A DNA stretch of 64,000 bases, taken from the NCBI GenBank assembly GCA_964486825.1, contig CAZAQS010000001.1:4386-68385 (forward strand), read 5' to 3'. Origin of the DNA: an uncultured Anaerolineaceae bacterium. Lineage in GTDB: Bacteria; Chloroflexota; Anaerolineae; Anaerolineales; UBA4823. The translations under genes were made by a program, and so were the position numbers. Positions 1 through 8,768 of this stretch are shown piece after piece (position 1 is the stretch's first letter; each line of letters begins with the position of its first letter). The notes below the pieces were generated by a model that did not search any database, had not been told where the DNA came from, and worked only from the letters and a program-made list of their open reading frames with translations.

Positions 1-472
1 AACCCAGGACCACGGGTACATGGGCGGACACCAGTTTACCAAGTTGGGATTCCGGTAACCTCAGCTCCCCATCCATTAACGCAAATCGCTGTTGGGTCTC
101 ATCCAGCTCCAATTGCCGTGTTTCATCTTGTGTCAGGTAAGAGACCAGCGGGCCTGGATCTGAGGGAGGGGAAAACACATCTACAAAAGGAAAGCGCTGC
201 TTTAGCTTATCGCTACTACGCACGCCTACCAGGCATCCCATCAGGTTGATGATCATTTCCGGCCGTTGTTCCTTGAGCGGGCGCAAGGAATGCAAACGAC
301 CATAGGCCTTATCCTCCGCACTCTGGCGTACGACACAGGTATTCAGTACGATCACATCTGCCTCACCAGCCAGGCGAGTAGCGTGATATCCGAGCCGCTC
401 TAATGCCGACGCCACGCGCTGGGAATCGGCCACATTCATTTGACAACCTTCAGTCCAAATATGATACTTCAT
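1..472 (-). CDS. miaB: tRNA methylthiotransferase (MiaB-type radical SAM MTTase), N-terminal part; the gene runs off the left edge
   Basis: My own translation of the minus strand from ATG 470-472 gives MKYHIWTEGCQMNVADSQRVASALERLGYHATRLAGE... This is the MTTase N-terminal domain signature (GCQMN..DS). It is absent from the ORF track because no stop lies in the window. Confidence 0.7.
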   Translation of the reverse strand, partial: MKYHIWTEGCQMNVADSQRVASALERLGYHATRLAGEADVIVLNTCVVRQSAEDKAYGRLHSLRPLKEQRPEMIINLMGCLVGVRSSDKLKQRFPFVDVFSPPSDPGPLVSYLTQDETRQLELDETQQRFALMDGELRLPESQLGKLVSAHVPVVLG

Positions 473-492
473 GTCCGCAATTATAGCATCGA

Positions 493-1782
493 GTGAATGG
501 GGCGGGTAGCTTTTATAATGGTAAAATACCCGCCATGCTTAAGCTGCCGACGACGAAAACGATCGCATTATTGAGCCTGTCAGTAATTATGCTGGCATTT
601 GCAGCCTACCAATTCCCCCCGGTAAACCGGCGGGTTTCCTTACGCATGGACCTGGCGCGCACCTACCTGCGGGGGATCATCTACCCGGCTGGACCTGTGC
701 CAACACCCCTGGTATACCCCACCGATACCCCTGCTCCCCCAACCGCGACACCCTCGTTGATGCCCACCCTTACACCCACGGTTCCCGGGCCAACCGCTAC
801 TCCCGTTCCATCTGCCACACCTATCCCTGCCTCTGTTTTCTTAGAACCTCCCCTGTGGGAAAAACAGGATATGAATAACTGCGGACCGGCCAGCTTAGCA
901 CTATACCTGCGTTACTACGGCTGGCAGGGAGACCAATTCACAATCTCTGAGCTTCTCAAGCCAAGGCGAGAAGACCGCAATGTCAATGTAGAAGAGCTGG
1001 TCTATTATGTCCGCACGCGGGCCGGATGGCTGAATGCGGAGTTCAGAGTAGGGGGCGATTTGGAAATCCTCAAGCAGTTCATCGCTGCCGGTATCCCCGT
1101 CCTGATCGAAGAGAGCTTCGTTGTGGAAAGCCCCGCCTGGCCAAATGATGATCTTTGGGCCGCTCACTATTTCCTGATCACCGGATACGATGACGCCTCC
1201 CAGACCTTCCATGGACAGGATACCTTCCATGGACCTGACCAGACGACTTCTTATTCACATCTCGATGAACAGTGGAAGATCTTCAACCGGGTATATATCC
1301 TTGTTTACCCGCCCGCCCAGGAAGAGACAGTCAAAACGATCCTGGGCGAACACTGGGACGTAAGGACAAACCGCGAGCATGCTCTGGCGGTAGCCCAGGC
1401 AGAAACGGAGGCTGACCCTCAAGACGCCTATGCCTGGTTCAACCTGGGGACCAACCAGGTCTACTTCGAGCGCTATTCGGATGCTGCTAATGCTTACGAC
1501 CAGGCCCGGAACCTTGGCTTACCGCAACGCATGCTGCGTTACCAGTTCGGACCATTTTTCGCTTACTTCCACACCTTCCGCACCGAAGAACTGCTGGCCC
1601 TGACAGAGTATGCACTCCAACGGACACCAAACTCTGAAGAGGCCTTGTTGTGGCGAGGCTGGGGGCGTTACCGCTCGGGAGACAAAGCCGGAGCAATGCT
1701 AGACTTCAATGCGGCCCTGGAAGCCAATCCCTATTACACTGACGCTCAATACGCGCTCAACTTCGTGTCATCGAACCCTTAG
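493..1782 (+). CDS. membrane-anchored peptidase C39-like protein with a Pro/Thr-rich linker and C-terminal TPR repeats
   Basis: 429-aa ORF with a TM helix (TIALLSLSVIMLAFAAY), a PT-rich linker, an NNCGPASLALYLRYYGW papain-like Cys motif and a TPR-like tail. The likely true start is ATG 535 (MLKLPTT). Confidence 0.6.
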   Translation: MNGAGSFYNGKIPAMLKLPTTKTIALLSLSVIMLAFAAYQFPPVNRRVSLRMDLARTYLRGIIYPAGPVPTPLVYPTDTPAPPTATPSLMPTLTPTVPGPTATPVPSATPIPASVFLEPPLWEKQDMNNCGPASLALYLRYYGWQGDQFTISELLKPRREDRNVNVEELVYYVRTRAGWLNAEFRVGGDLEILKQFIAAGIPVLIEESFVVESPAWPNDDLWAAHYFLITGYDDASQTFHGQDTFHGPDQTTSYSHLDEQWKIFNRVYILVYPPAQEETVKTILGEHWDVRTNREHALAVAQAETEADPQDAYAWFNLGTNQVYFERYSDAANAYDQARNLGLPQRMLRYQFGPFFAYFHTFRTEELLALTEYALQRTPNSEEALLWRGWGRYRSGDKAGAMLDFNAALEANPYYTDAQYALNFVSSNP

Positions 1783-2549
1783 CTCATCGCTATTTGCCAG
1801 CGAGATAGTACGCGGGCAAACCCATCATCAAGCTCAGCTTCCAGCACTGGTATCACCCTGTGAAGGCTTTCCAGAGGCACGATCACTTCCGGGACCGTCA
1901 ATTGCCTCCCCGCCCGCTCTGAGGCTCGCCGGACGAATAAGGTATTCTGGCTTTTGTGGCAGACAGCAGCTTGAGTCTTGATATCCACTACGCTGCTAAC
2001 ATCAATCACCAGGTGGGCCTGATCCTCACTGTTGGCGAGGTGTGGCTTGGGGTTTTCTTCAAAGTGGGCTTGTACTGTATACAGGACGGGCTGCATATCC
2101 TCGTCCGTGTCTTGTAAAGACTCCACTGCGATACGCACCGCTTGGTGAGTGACCAGGTGGGCGGGATGCCCGTATTCTCCATTCGATCCATGTGTCAGGA
2201 CGATCTGAGAGCCGAATTGCTTGATGCTGGCTGCGATCTGCCCTGCAAGCATGGTCAGGTTATCCGTATATGCGAATAGCTCGTCTTTTTCGCCAGCCGG
2301 TGGATCCACATAACCCAAGAAGGTCAGGCTGCGCCCACCTAATTCCTGCACAGCACACACCATTTCCTGTTCTCGTACCTCTCCCAGCATCTCTCGTGAA
2401 CAGACGGGTGGATCTCCGGTTTCTCCACCCTCGCCGCGTGTGGCACAAACATAATCCACGTACATTCCGCTTCGTGCTGCCAGCGCCAGGATACCGCCCG
2501 CTAAGACCGTTTCATCATCAGGATGTGCAAAAACAGCCAATACATTCAC
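1779..2549 (-). CDS. PIG-L/LmbE family deacetylase
   Basis: 256 aa with the VLAVFAHPDDE signature at the N-terminus. The GTG start is preceded by GGAG. Confidence 0.75.
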   Translation of the reverse strand: MNVLAVFAHPDDETVLAGGILALAARSGMYVDYVCATRGEGGETGDPPVCSREMLGEVREQEMVCAVQELGGRSLTFLGYVDPPAGEKDELFAYTDNLTMLAGQIAASIKQFGSQIVLTHGSNGEYGHPAHLVTHQAVRIAVESLQDTDEDMQPVLYTVQAHFEENPKPHLANSEDQAHLVIDVSSVVDIKTQAAVCHKSQNTLFVRRASERAGRQLTVPEVIVPLESLHRVIPVLEAELDDGFARVLSRWQIAMS

Positions 2550-2714
2550 AACAGCTCCTATCCTCCCATTTGATGTTGATTGCGATTCATCGTATCATGA
2601 TTTGACGGGCAAGGCAATTAGCTTGAGAAAAAGCCTTCTTTAATTGAAGGTATAATCTTACCAACAGCGCCTGGAAAACAACCTCTTCCTTCCTCGGGCG
2701 CATGTGGAAAAAAT

Positions 2715-3785
2715 ATGAGTGATACTGCCTTACCACCTTCGAGCAAACAGATCCGGCTTACGAGCCTCTCGAACTGCGCGGGTTGAGCTTCTAAGCTAAA
2801 TGCGGAAACGCTGGTGCAGGTCCTGCGCCCACTTCAAGGAATCTTCAACCCTGAGGATTACCCCGACCTGTTGGTTGGCCTGGGGCATCCGGATGACGCT
2901 GCGGTTTGGAAGCTTGAGGAAGACCGGGCCTTGGTTGCAACCACCGATTTCTTCACACCCATCGTAGACAACCCGTACGATTATGGGGCCATCGCGGCCG
3001 CCAATTCCCTCTCAGATATCTATGCCATGGGTGGGCGTCCCTTCCTGGCATTAAATATTGCCGCGCTTCCCCCAGATCTGCCTGTCGAAATGGTCAGCGA
3101 AATCCTGCGTGGAGGAGCGGAAACTGCTCGCAAGGCCGGTGTGGTCATCGCTGGAGGCCATACGATACAGGATAAAGAACCGAAGTATGGCTTGATCGCG
3201 CTTGGTTTTATTGACCCTCGCGCAATGATGACCAAGGGTGGAGCCCGCCCTGGAGATGTCCTTGTACTGAGCAAGCCGCTTGGATTTGGCGTGACAACCA
3301 CCGCCCTAAAGGAAGGCAAAGCTGACCCGACCGATGTATCCGAGGCAGTTGGCTGGATGAAACAGTTGAACAGGACCGCCTCCGAGCTGGCCCTGGAGTT
3401 TGGTGTCCGGGGGGGAACGGATATCACAGGTTACAGCCTGCTAGGTCATGCTGCTGAGCTTGCGCAAGCCTCCCAGGTACGTTTACATTTCGCCTTCGGA
3501 AAAATCCCTTTTATTCGTGGAGCGCGAGGCTACGCCGAGGCCTGGACCTTCCCAGGCGGCGCCTCCGATAACCGGATGTATTTTGGAAGCGGAGTGAGCT
3601 TCGCAGCGGAAATCGAAGAAACGTCCCAGATGCTCCTGTTCGATCCCCAGACCAGCGGAGGGCTGCTGCTGTCCGTCCCATCCCAGGTCCTGGAACCCAT
3701 GCTGGACCGAGCAGCCCAATTAGGGCAGGTGCTGTGGCCCGTGGGTGAGGTGCTGGAAGGAGAGGGTATCGAGGTAACTATATAA
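2715..3785 (+). CDS. selD: selenide, water dikinase SelD, with in-frame TGA (2784-2786) read as selenocysteine
   Basis: The frame of ORF 2814..3785 stays open upstream through TGA 2784-2786 to ATG 2715, giving MSDTALPPSSKQIRLTSLSNCAG-U-ASKLNAETLVQVL. The TGA aligns with catalytic Cys17 of E. coli SelD (HGAGCGCK). The rest of the protein carries SelD hallmarks (TTDFFTPIVDNPYDYG, GGHTIQD, DPQTSGGLL). Confidence 0.85.
2813..2829 (+). promoter_or_regulatory. candidate bacterial SECIS hairpin for the selD UGA
   Basis: GGUGCAGGUCCUGCGCC starts 27 nt after the UGA. It has a 6-7 bp stem (GGUGCA(G)/(C)UGCGCC, one G-U pair) and an apical GGUC-type loop. The apex GCAGGUCCUGC closely resembles the E. 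coli fdhF SECIS apex GCAGGUCUGC. Confidence 0.55.
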
Positions 3786-3803
3786 CGGAAAAATGGAGGA
3801 AAT

Positions 3804-3947
3804 ATGGAAGTCGCAGGGCTCGGAATAATTATTGTTATCCTGATTGGCCTTGTGGGCATTGCCCTACCGCTGGTAGTGCTGGTAATGCTTTTTATGATCT
3901 ATAGCAAGCTCAATGATATAGAAAAATTGCTCTCACGGAGAGAGTAA
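3804..3947 (+). CDS. small (47 aa) single-pass membrane protein, unannotated
   Basis: The ORF is below the track cutoff. GGAGG lies 5 nt upstream of ATG 3804. Translation is MEVAGLGIIIVILIGLVGIALPLVVLVMLFMIYSKLNDIEKLLSRRE, one hydrophobic helix plus a charged tail. Confidence 0.4.
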   Translation: MEVAGLGIIIVILIGLVGIALPLVVLVMLFMIYSKLNDIEKLLSRRE

Positions 3948-4016
3948 AAACCGTCATTCGACGCATTAACGAATTTAGTTCTTTGGTTTTATCGAATCCC
4001 ATATTGGGAAAAAAAT

Positions 4017-5549
4017 GTGTTGCCGATCGAAAATATCCTCCTGGTTGCGGCAATCTTACTTCTGTTAAGCATCGTCGCCAGCAAAGCCTCTGGAAGACTA
4101 GGGATTCCGGCCCTTCTGCTGTTCCTTCTCACAGGCATGTTAGCTGGGTCAGAAGGGCCGGGAGGGATATATTTTGACGATCCATGGTTATCCCAGTTGG
4201 TTGGTGTGGCGGCGCTAGCCTTCATCCTGTTCGATGGCGGGCTCTCCACGGAATGGCATGTCGTCCGGCCTGTCTTTTCGAAAGGGCTGGCGCTCTCCAC
4301 CCTGGGGGTATTGATAACGGCAATCTCGGTCGGCCTGTTCGCAACCTTAGTCCTGGATTTCACTTTCCTGGAGGGGTTATTGCTGGGTTCCATCGTCTCG
4401 AGCACCGATGCAGCAGCTGTCTTTTCCATCTTAAGATCACGGGATGTCCAATTGAAGGGGAAATTGGAGCCTATCCTAGAGCTAGAATCGGGTTCAAATG
4501 ACCCCATGGCAGTTTTTCTCACCATCGGCTTCACCCAGTTGATCATCACCCCGAACAGCTCACTAGTAGACCTGGTCCCAATGTTTTTCCAACAGATGCT
4601 GCTCGGCGCGCTATTGGGCTTCGCATTTGGTCGCCTCGCTTCAGCTCTCGTCAACCGGATGAACCTGGCTTACCAGGGCTTATATCCTGTCTTAACGATC
4701 GCCCTGGTGATGCTAACCTATGGAGCGACGACGTGGCTGGGGGGGAATGGCTTCCTGGCTGTCTACCTGGCCGGGTTGGTCATGAGAAAAAATGACTTCC
4801 TGCACCGGCGCAGTATTACGCGCTTTCACGAAGGCCTGGCCTGGCTGATGCAGATTGGTATGTTCCTGGTTTTGGGCCTGCTGGTTTTTCCTTCCGAGCT
4901 CATGCCGGTCATCGGAATCGGCCTGCTGGTCTCGGTCTTCCTGATCCTGGTAGCCCGCCCCCTGAGCGTGCTCCTGTCGCTTTTACCCACCAAGCTTAAC
5001 TTACGGGAGAAGGCGTTGGTCTCCTGGGTGGGATTAAGAGGCGCGGCCCCTATTATCCTGGCTACATTTCCCCTGGTAGCAGGAGTGGACCATTCCGACA
5101 CCATTTTCAACCTGGTTTTCTTTATCGTGCTTACTTCTGTCTTGATACAAGGCACGACCATCATCCCGGTAGCCAGGCTATTAGGGGTATACGGGCCTTC
5201 CCAGCCTTCAAAGCCGCTTTACCCGCTCGAGTTCATTCCGGCTGCCAGCCCTGATAGCGGCCTGGTAAATTTGGAAATCTCCGCCAGATCAGGTGTGGTC
5301 GGGAAGAAGATCGTCGATCTGCACCTGCCGGACACCGCCCTGGTCGTACTGGTGAACCGAAGGGGCAAGTTTGTCATCCCAAGCGGTGGGACGGTATTGG
5401 AAGCCGGGGACCGGATGATGGTGCTGGCAGATCAGGACTCGATCGATGAGGTGCGTTCGATATTTACACCAAGCGAAAACCAGGGTTCAGGACCTATACG
5501 CAGTGCAGCAGGCAGCCCCATGAGATTCGAGGAGGAAGAGGATGGATAA
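4017..5549 (+). CDS. nhaP2: K+/H+ antiporter, CPA1/NhaP2 family, with C-terminal RCK_C (TrkA-C) domain
   Basis: 510 aa and polytopic. The N-terminus (IENILLVAAILLLLSIVASKASGRLGIPALLLFLLTGMLAGSEG) is typical of NhaP2/CvrA. An RCK_C-like tail is present (GKKIVDLHLP...GDRMMVLA). Confidence 0.75.
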   Translation: MLPIENILLVAAILLLLSIVASKASGRLGIPALLLFLLTGMLAGSEGPGGIYFDDPWLSQLVGVAALAFILFDGGLSTEWHVVRPVFSKGLALSTLGVLITAISVGLFATLVLDFTFLEGLLLGSIVSSTDAAAVFSILRSRDVQLKGKLEPILELESGSNDPMAVFLTIGFTQLIITPNSSLVDLVPMFFQQMLLGALLGFAFGRLASALVNRMNLAYQGLYPVLTIALVMLTYGATTWLGGNGFLAVYLAGLVMRKNDFLHRRSITRFHEGLAWLMQIGMFLVLGLLVFPSELMPVIGIGLLVSVFLILVARPLSVLLSLLPTKLNLREKALVSWVGLRGAAPIILATFPLVAGVDHSDTIFNLVFFIVLTSVLIQGTTIIPVARLLGVYGPSQPSKPLYPLEFIPAASPDSGLVNLEISARSGVVGKKIVDLHLPDTALVVLVNRRGKFVIPSGGTVLEAGDRMMVLADQDSIDEVRSIFTPSENQGSGPIRSAAGSPMRFEEEEDG

Positions 5550-7182
5550 TGAGTTTAATTTCAAGTCACGGCGCTCGCCGGTATTCGGAAAGCGCGGCAT
5601 GGTGGTGACTTCCCAACCTCTGGCTGTAGCTGCCGGCTTGGAGATCCTTTCCCAGGGAGGCAATGCAGCGGATGCCGCTGTTGCCACTGCAGCCGCCCTG
5701 AACGTGACCGAACCTACTTCAACCGGGATCGGGGGCGACTGTTTTGCTCTCTTTTTCAAAGCCGAAAACAAACAAATAAGCGCGCTGAACGGCTCTGGCA
5801 GGGCTCCGGCTGGCTTGAGCTTGGAGCGCTTACGCCGGGAAGGCTACCTGAAATCCCCTGATGATGAGCTGCCACCCTTCCATCCCTATACGATCACTGT
5901 CCCAGGGGCAGCTGCTGGCTGGGCTGACCTGATCGAGCGCCATGGTCATTTGCCTTTAAGCCGGGTCCTGGAACCTGCCATCCGGTTGGCCGAAGCAGGC
6001 TTCCCGGTTGCACCGGTCACAGCTTATTTTTGGCAGCGCGGCGCCGAGCGCCAGTTGAAGAACGCCATCGGTGGGCAGGAGCTGACCTTAGCCGGTCGAG
6101 CGCCACAAGCAGGGGAAATTTTCCGGAATCCTGGGCTGGCACGCACATTTCAATTCCTGGCAGAGGGTGGAAAAAAGGCTTTCTACCAGGGTGAGATTGC
6201 AGATTCCATTGCCCGTGTGGTACAGGCATCAGGAGGTTGCCTGGAAGTCGATGATCTGGCTGACCATACCAGCACCTGGGTTGAACCCATCAGCGTCAGT
6301 TACCGGGGAGTGCGGGTCTGGGAATGCCCGCCCAACGGTCAAGGACTGGCAGCCCTCCTGGCTTTGAATATCCTGGAAGGATACCAGATTTCTGCGAGCC
6401 AGCCGCTTTCCGTTCCGCGCTTACACCTGCAAATCGAGGCATTGCGCCTGGCCTTTGCGGATACCCGCTGGTACGTGACTGACCCCGCTTTCAATCCGGC
6501 TCCTCTCGAAGAGTTGCTATCGAAAGAATATGCCGCTGAACGGCGGAAGCTGATCGATCCCAAGCGGGCCAGTCCAGACCAGATGCGCGGCACACCCACC
6601 ACTTCATCTGACACGGTCTACTTGAGCGTAGTGGATGTAGATGGCAATGCCTGCTCTTTTATCAACAGCAACTATATGGGCTTCGGGACCGGGATCGTTC
6701 CAAACGGGTGGGGCTTCAGCCTGCAAAACCGTGGGCACAACTTTAGCCTGGACTCTGAACACCCAAACGCCCTGGCTCCCGGTAAGCGACCCTACCATAC
6801 CATCATCCCTGCACTGGCTACCCGCCAGTCTGACGGCTCCCTATACGCCAGCTTTGGGGTTATGGGCGGTTTTATGCAGCCTCAAGGCCATATGCAAGTC
6901 CTGAGCGGGCTCGTGGATGATGGTTTAGACCCCCAGGCCGTGCTTGACCGGCCTCGTTTCTGCATTGATAGCGGCACAGCGGGCGGCCGGATCGCTCTGG
7001 AAGAGGGCATATCCCAACTGGTTTTCGAGCAGCTGGCAGGTATGGGGCACACCCTGTACCCGGTCAGCGGTCACGAGCGCGCCCTCTTCGGGCGTGGCCA
7101 TGTGATCCTGCGAGACCCGGAGACGGGTGTCCTGCAGGCCGGCAGCGACCCTCGGGCGGACGGTTGTGCGATGACTCTCTAG
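5542..7182 (+). CDS. ggt: gamma-glutamyltransferase family protein
   Basis: 546 aa with GMVVTSQPLAVAAGLEILSQGGNAADAAVA, GIGGDCF and the autoprocessing TSSDTVYLSVVD Thr motif. Confidence 0.85.
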   Translation: MDNEFNFKSRRSPVFGKRGMVVTSQPLAVAAGLEILSQGGNAADAAVATAAALNVTEPTSTGIGGDCFALFFKAENKQISALNGSGRAPAGLSLERLRREGYLKSPDDELPPFHPYTITVPGAAAGWADLIERHGHLPLSRVLEPAIRLAEAGFPVAPVTAYFWQRGAERQLKNAIGGQELTLAGRAPQAGEIFRNPGLARTFQFLAEGGKKAFYQGEIADSIARVVQASGGCLEVDDLADHTSTWVEPISVSYRGVRVWECPPNGQGLAALLALNILEGYQISASQPLSVPRLHLQIEALRLAFADTRWYVTDPAFNPAPLEELLSKEYAAERRKLIDPKRASPDQMRGTPTTSSDTVYLSVVDVDGNACSFINSNYMGFGTGIVPNGWGFSLQNRGHNFSLDSEHPNALAPGKRPYHTIIPALATRQSDGSLYASFGVMGGFMQPQGHMQVLSGLVDDGLDPQAVLDRPRFCIDSGTAGGRIALEEGISQLVFEQLAGMGHTLYPVSGHERALFGRGHVILRDPETGVLQAGSDPRADGCAMTL

Positions 7183-8627
7183 TAGAGGTAAGCGTCGATG
7201 GTATTGGCGGCTTTTCGCCCCGCCACCATAGCAGTAACGACAAGGTCTGGGCCTGTAACCACGTCTCCACCCACAAAGACTCCCATCCGGCTGGTGGCGC
7301 CGGTTTCAGGGTCGGTTATGATCAAGCCCCATTTATGTGTCTTCAATCCTGGGGTTGTTGCGCCTATGATCGGGTCCGGGTAATATCCCAGGGCCAGGAC
7401 AGCCGTATCGGCCTCCACGATAAAGTTAGATCCTTTGACAGGGACTGGCCGGCGCCGGCCTTTAGCATCTGGTTCCCCAAGCTCCATCTTGATACACTCG
7501 ACCCGCGCCAGGCGCCCGTTCTCTCCAGGGATAAAGCGTACCGGTTGCGTCAATAGCTGGTAGGTAGCCCCTTCCGCCTGGGCTAGCTCACGGTCTTTCT
7601 TGCCGCCCGGCATCTCCGCCTCCGTGCGCCGGTACAGGCAGGTTACCTCGTCTGCACCCAGGCGCAAGGCGCTACGCAGGCAGTCGGAGGCGGTATCCCC
7701 TGCACCGATAACCACAACCTTACGTCCTAATTCTGGATGGGGCTGGCCCTTCACGGGCCGCAAAGGATGGATATGGGATGGCAGGAGTTCCTGGTCCACA
7801 TTGGTCCGGATCAAAAATTCGGTCGCTTTATAAACGCCTGGCAGATCCTCACCTGGGACGCTCATCGGAGCATCCACACCCGCCCCCACACCAATGAAAA
7901 CAGCCTCGTACCCCTCATGGAAGAGGTCGTTGATCGATCTTGACCTGCCGATATACGTATTCCCCACAAAAGTGACCCCGGCTTCCTCAAGGTCTTGCCA
8001 CCACCCGGTTACCACTTGTTTGGGAAGTTTGAAATTGGGAATCCCATAGGTAAGAAGACCACCAGGGGCGGGTTTTGCATCAAAGATCGTAACCCAGTGT
8101 CCGCGCTGCACGAGCTGCTCGGCACAAGCCAATCCGGCGGGTCCCGCGCCGACGATAGCTACGGACCGTCCGGTCGGAAATGGTACCTTCAACTTATACC
8201 CGTCGTGTTGTCGTTGGTAATCCGTAACGAACGCTTCCAGTAATCCGGTCAAGACGGGGTCCCCCTTTTTCCCACGTACACAAGCTCCCTGGCAGAGCTG
8301 TTCGTGAGGGCAAACTCGCCCACAAATTTCCGGCATCGAGCTCGTCTGGCGGTATACTTTTGCCGCTTCAATAAACTCTCCCTTTTCGATATACGACATC
8401 GCCAGGGATATATCGTTATGAGCTGGGCAAGCCTTCGTGCAAGGAGCCGCATCCGGGCAATGTATGCATCGGGAAGCTTCATAGATGGCACGCTCGGCAT
8501 CCAATGGCAGAACGACATCATCGAAATCAAGCACGCGCCCTTCAGCAGGGCGAAGGGGTATGCCTCTGGAGTCCAGGCGCATACGCTCTTTCCGATCCAG
8601 GCCCGAAAACTCTCTCGCATTCTGCAT
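7179..8627 (-). CDS. GltD-like NAD(P)H-dependent Fe-S flavoprotein (glutamate synthase small-subunit / NfnB / SudA family), copy 1
   Basis: 482 aa with the N-terminal Cys clusters (CIHCPDAAPCTKACP, CGRVCPHEQLCQGAC), and with VAIVGAGPAGLACA and VVVIGAGDTASDC dinucleotide folds. Confidence 0.8.
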   Translation of the reverse strand: MQNAREFSGLDRKERMRLDSRGIPLRPAEGRVLDFDDVVLPLDAERAIYEASRCIHCPDAAPCTKACPAHNDISLAMSYIEKGEFIEAAKVYRQTSSMPEICGRVCPHEQLCQGACVRGKKGDPVLTGLLEAFVTDYQRQHDGYKLKVPFPTGRSVAIVGAGPAGLACAEQLVQRGHWVTIFDAKPAPGGLLTYGIPNFKLPKQVVTGWWQDLEEAGVTFVGNTYIGRSRSINDLFHEGYEAVFIGVGAGVDAPMSVPGEDLPGVYKATEFLIRTNVDQELLPSHIHPLRPVKGQPHPELGRKVVVIGAGDTASDCLRSALRLGADEVTCLYRRTEAEMPGGKKDRELAQAEGATYQLLTQPVRFIPGENGRLARVECIKMELGEPDAKGRRRPVPVKGSNFIVEADTAVLALGYYPDPIIGATTPGLKTHKWGLIITDPETGATSRMGVFVGGDVVTGPDLVVTAMVAGRKAANTIDAYLY

Positions 8628-8768
8628 CTTGTTCTCCTATTGGCTAAGCAACTGTGGCTGACGGTTCGAAGGAAATATACCGATGGGCGACCCACCAGAT
8701 CGTAGGTCGCCCACGGCAGCGAAAGGAGGAAGGAGGATAAGAAAGGCGCCCAAACAAGACGCCCTCCC

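Noticed and set aside
8685-8712. GGGCGACC...GGUCGCCC hairpin between the two gltD-like genes, read as an intrinsic terminator.
   Set aside because: On the transcribed (minus) strand it is not followed by a U-run (AUCGGUAUAUUUCC). I therefore leave it as an unexplained hairpin, mentioned under the paralogue finding.
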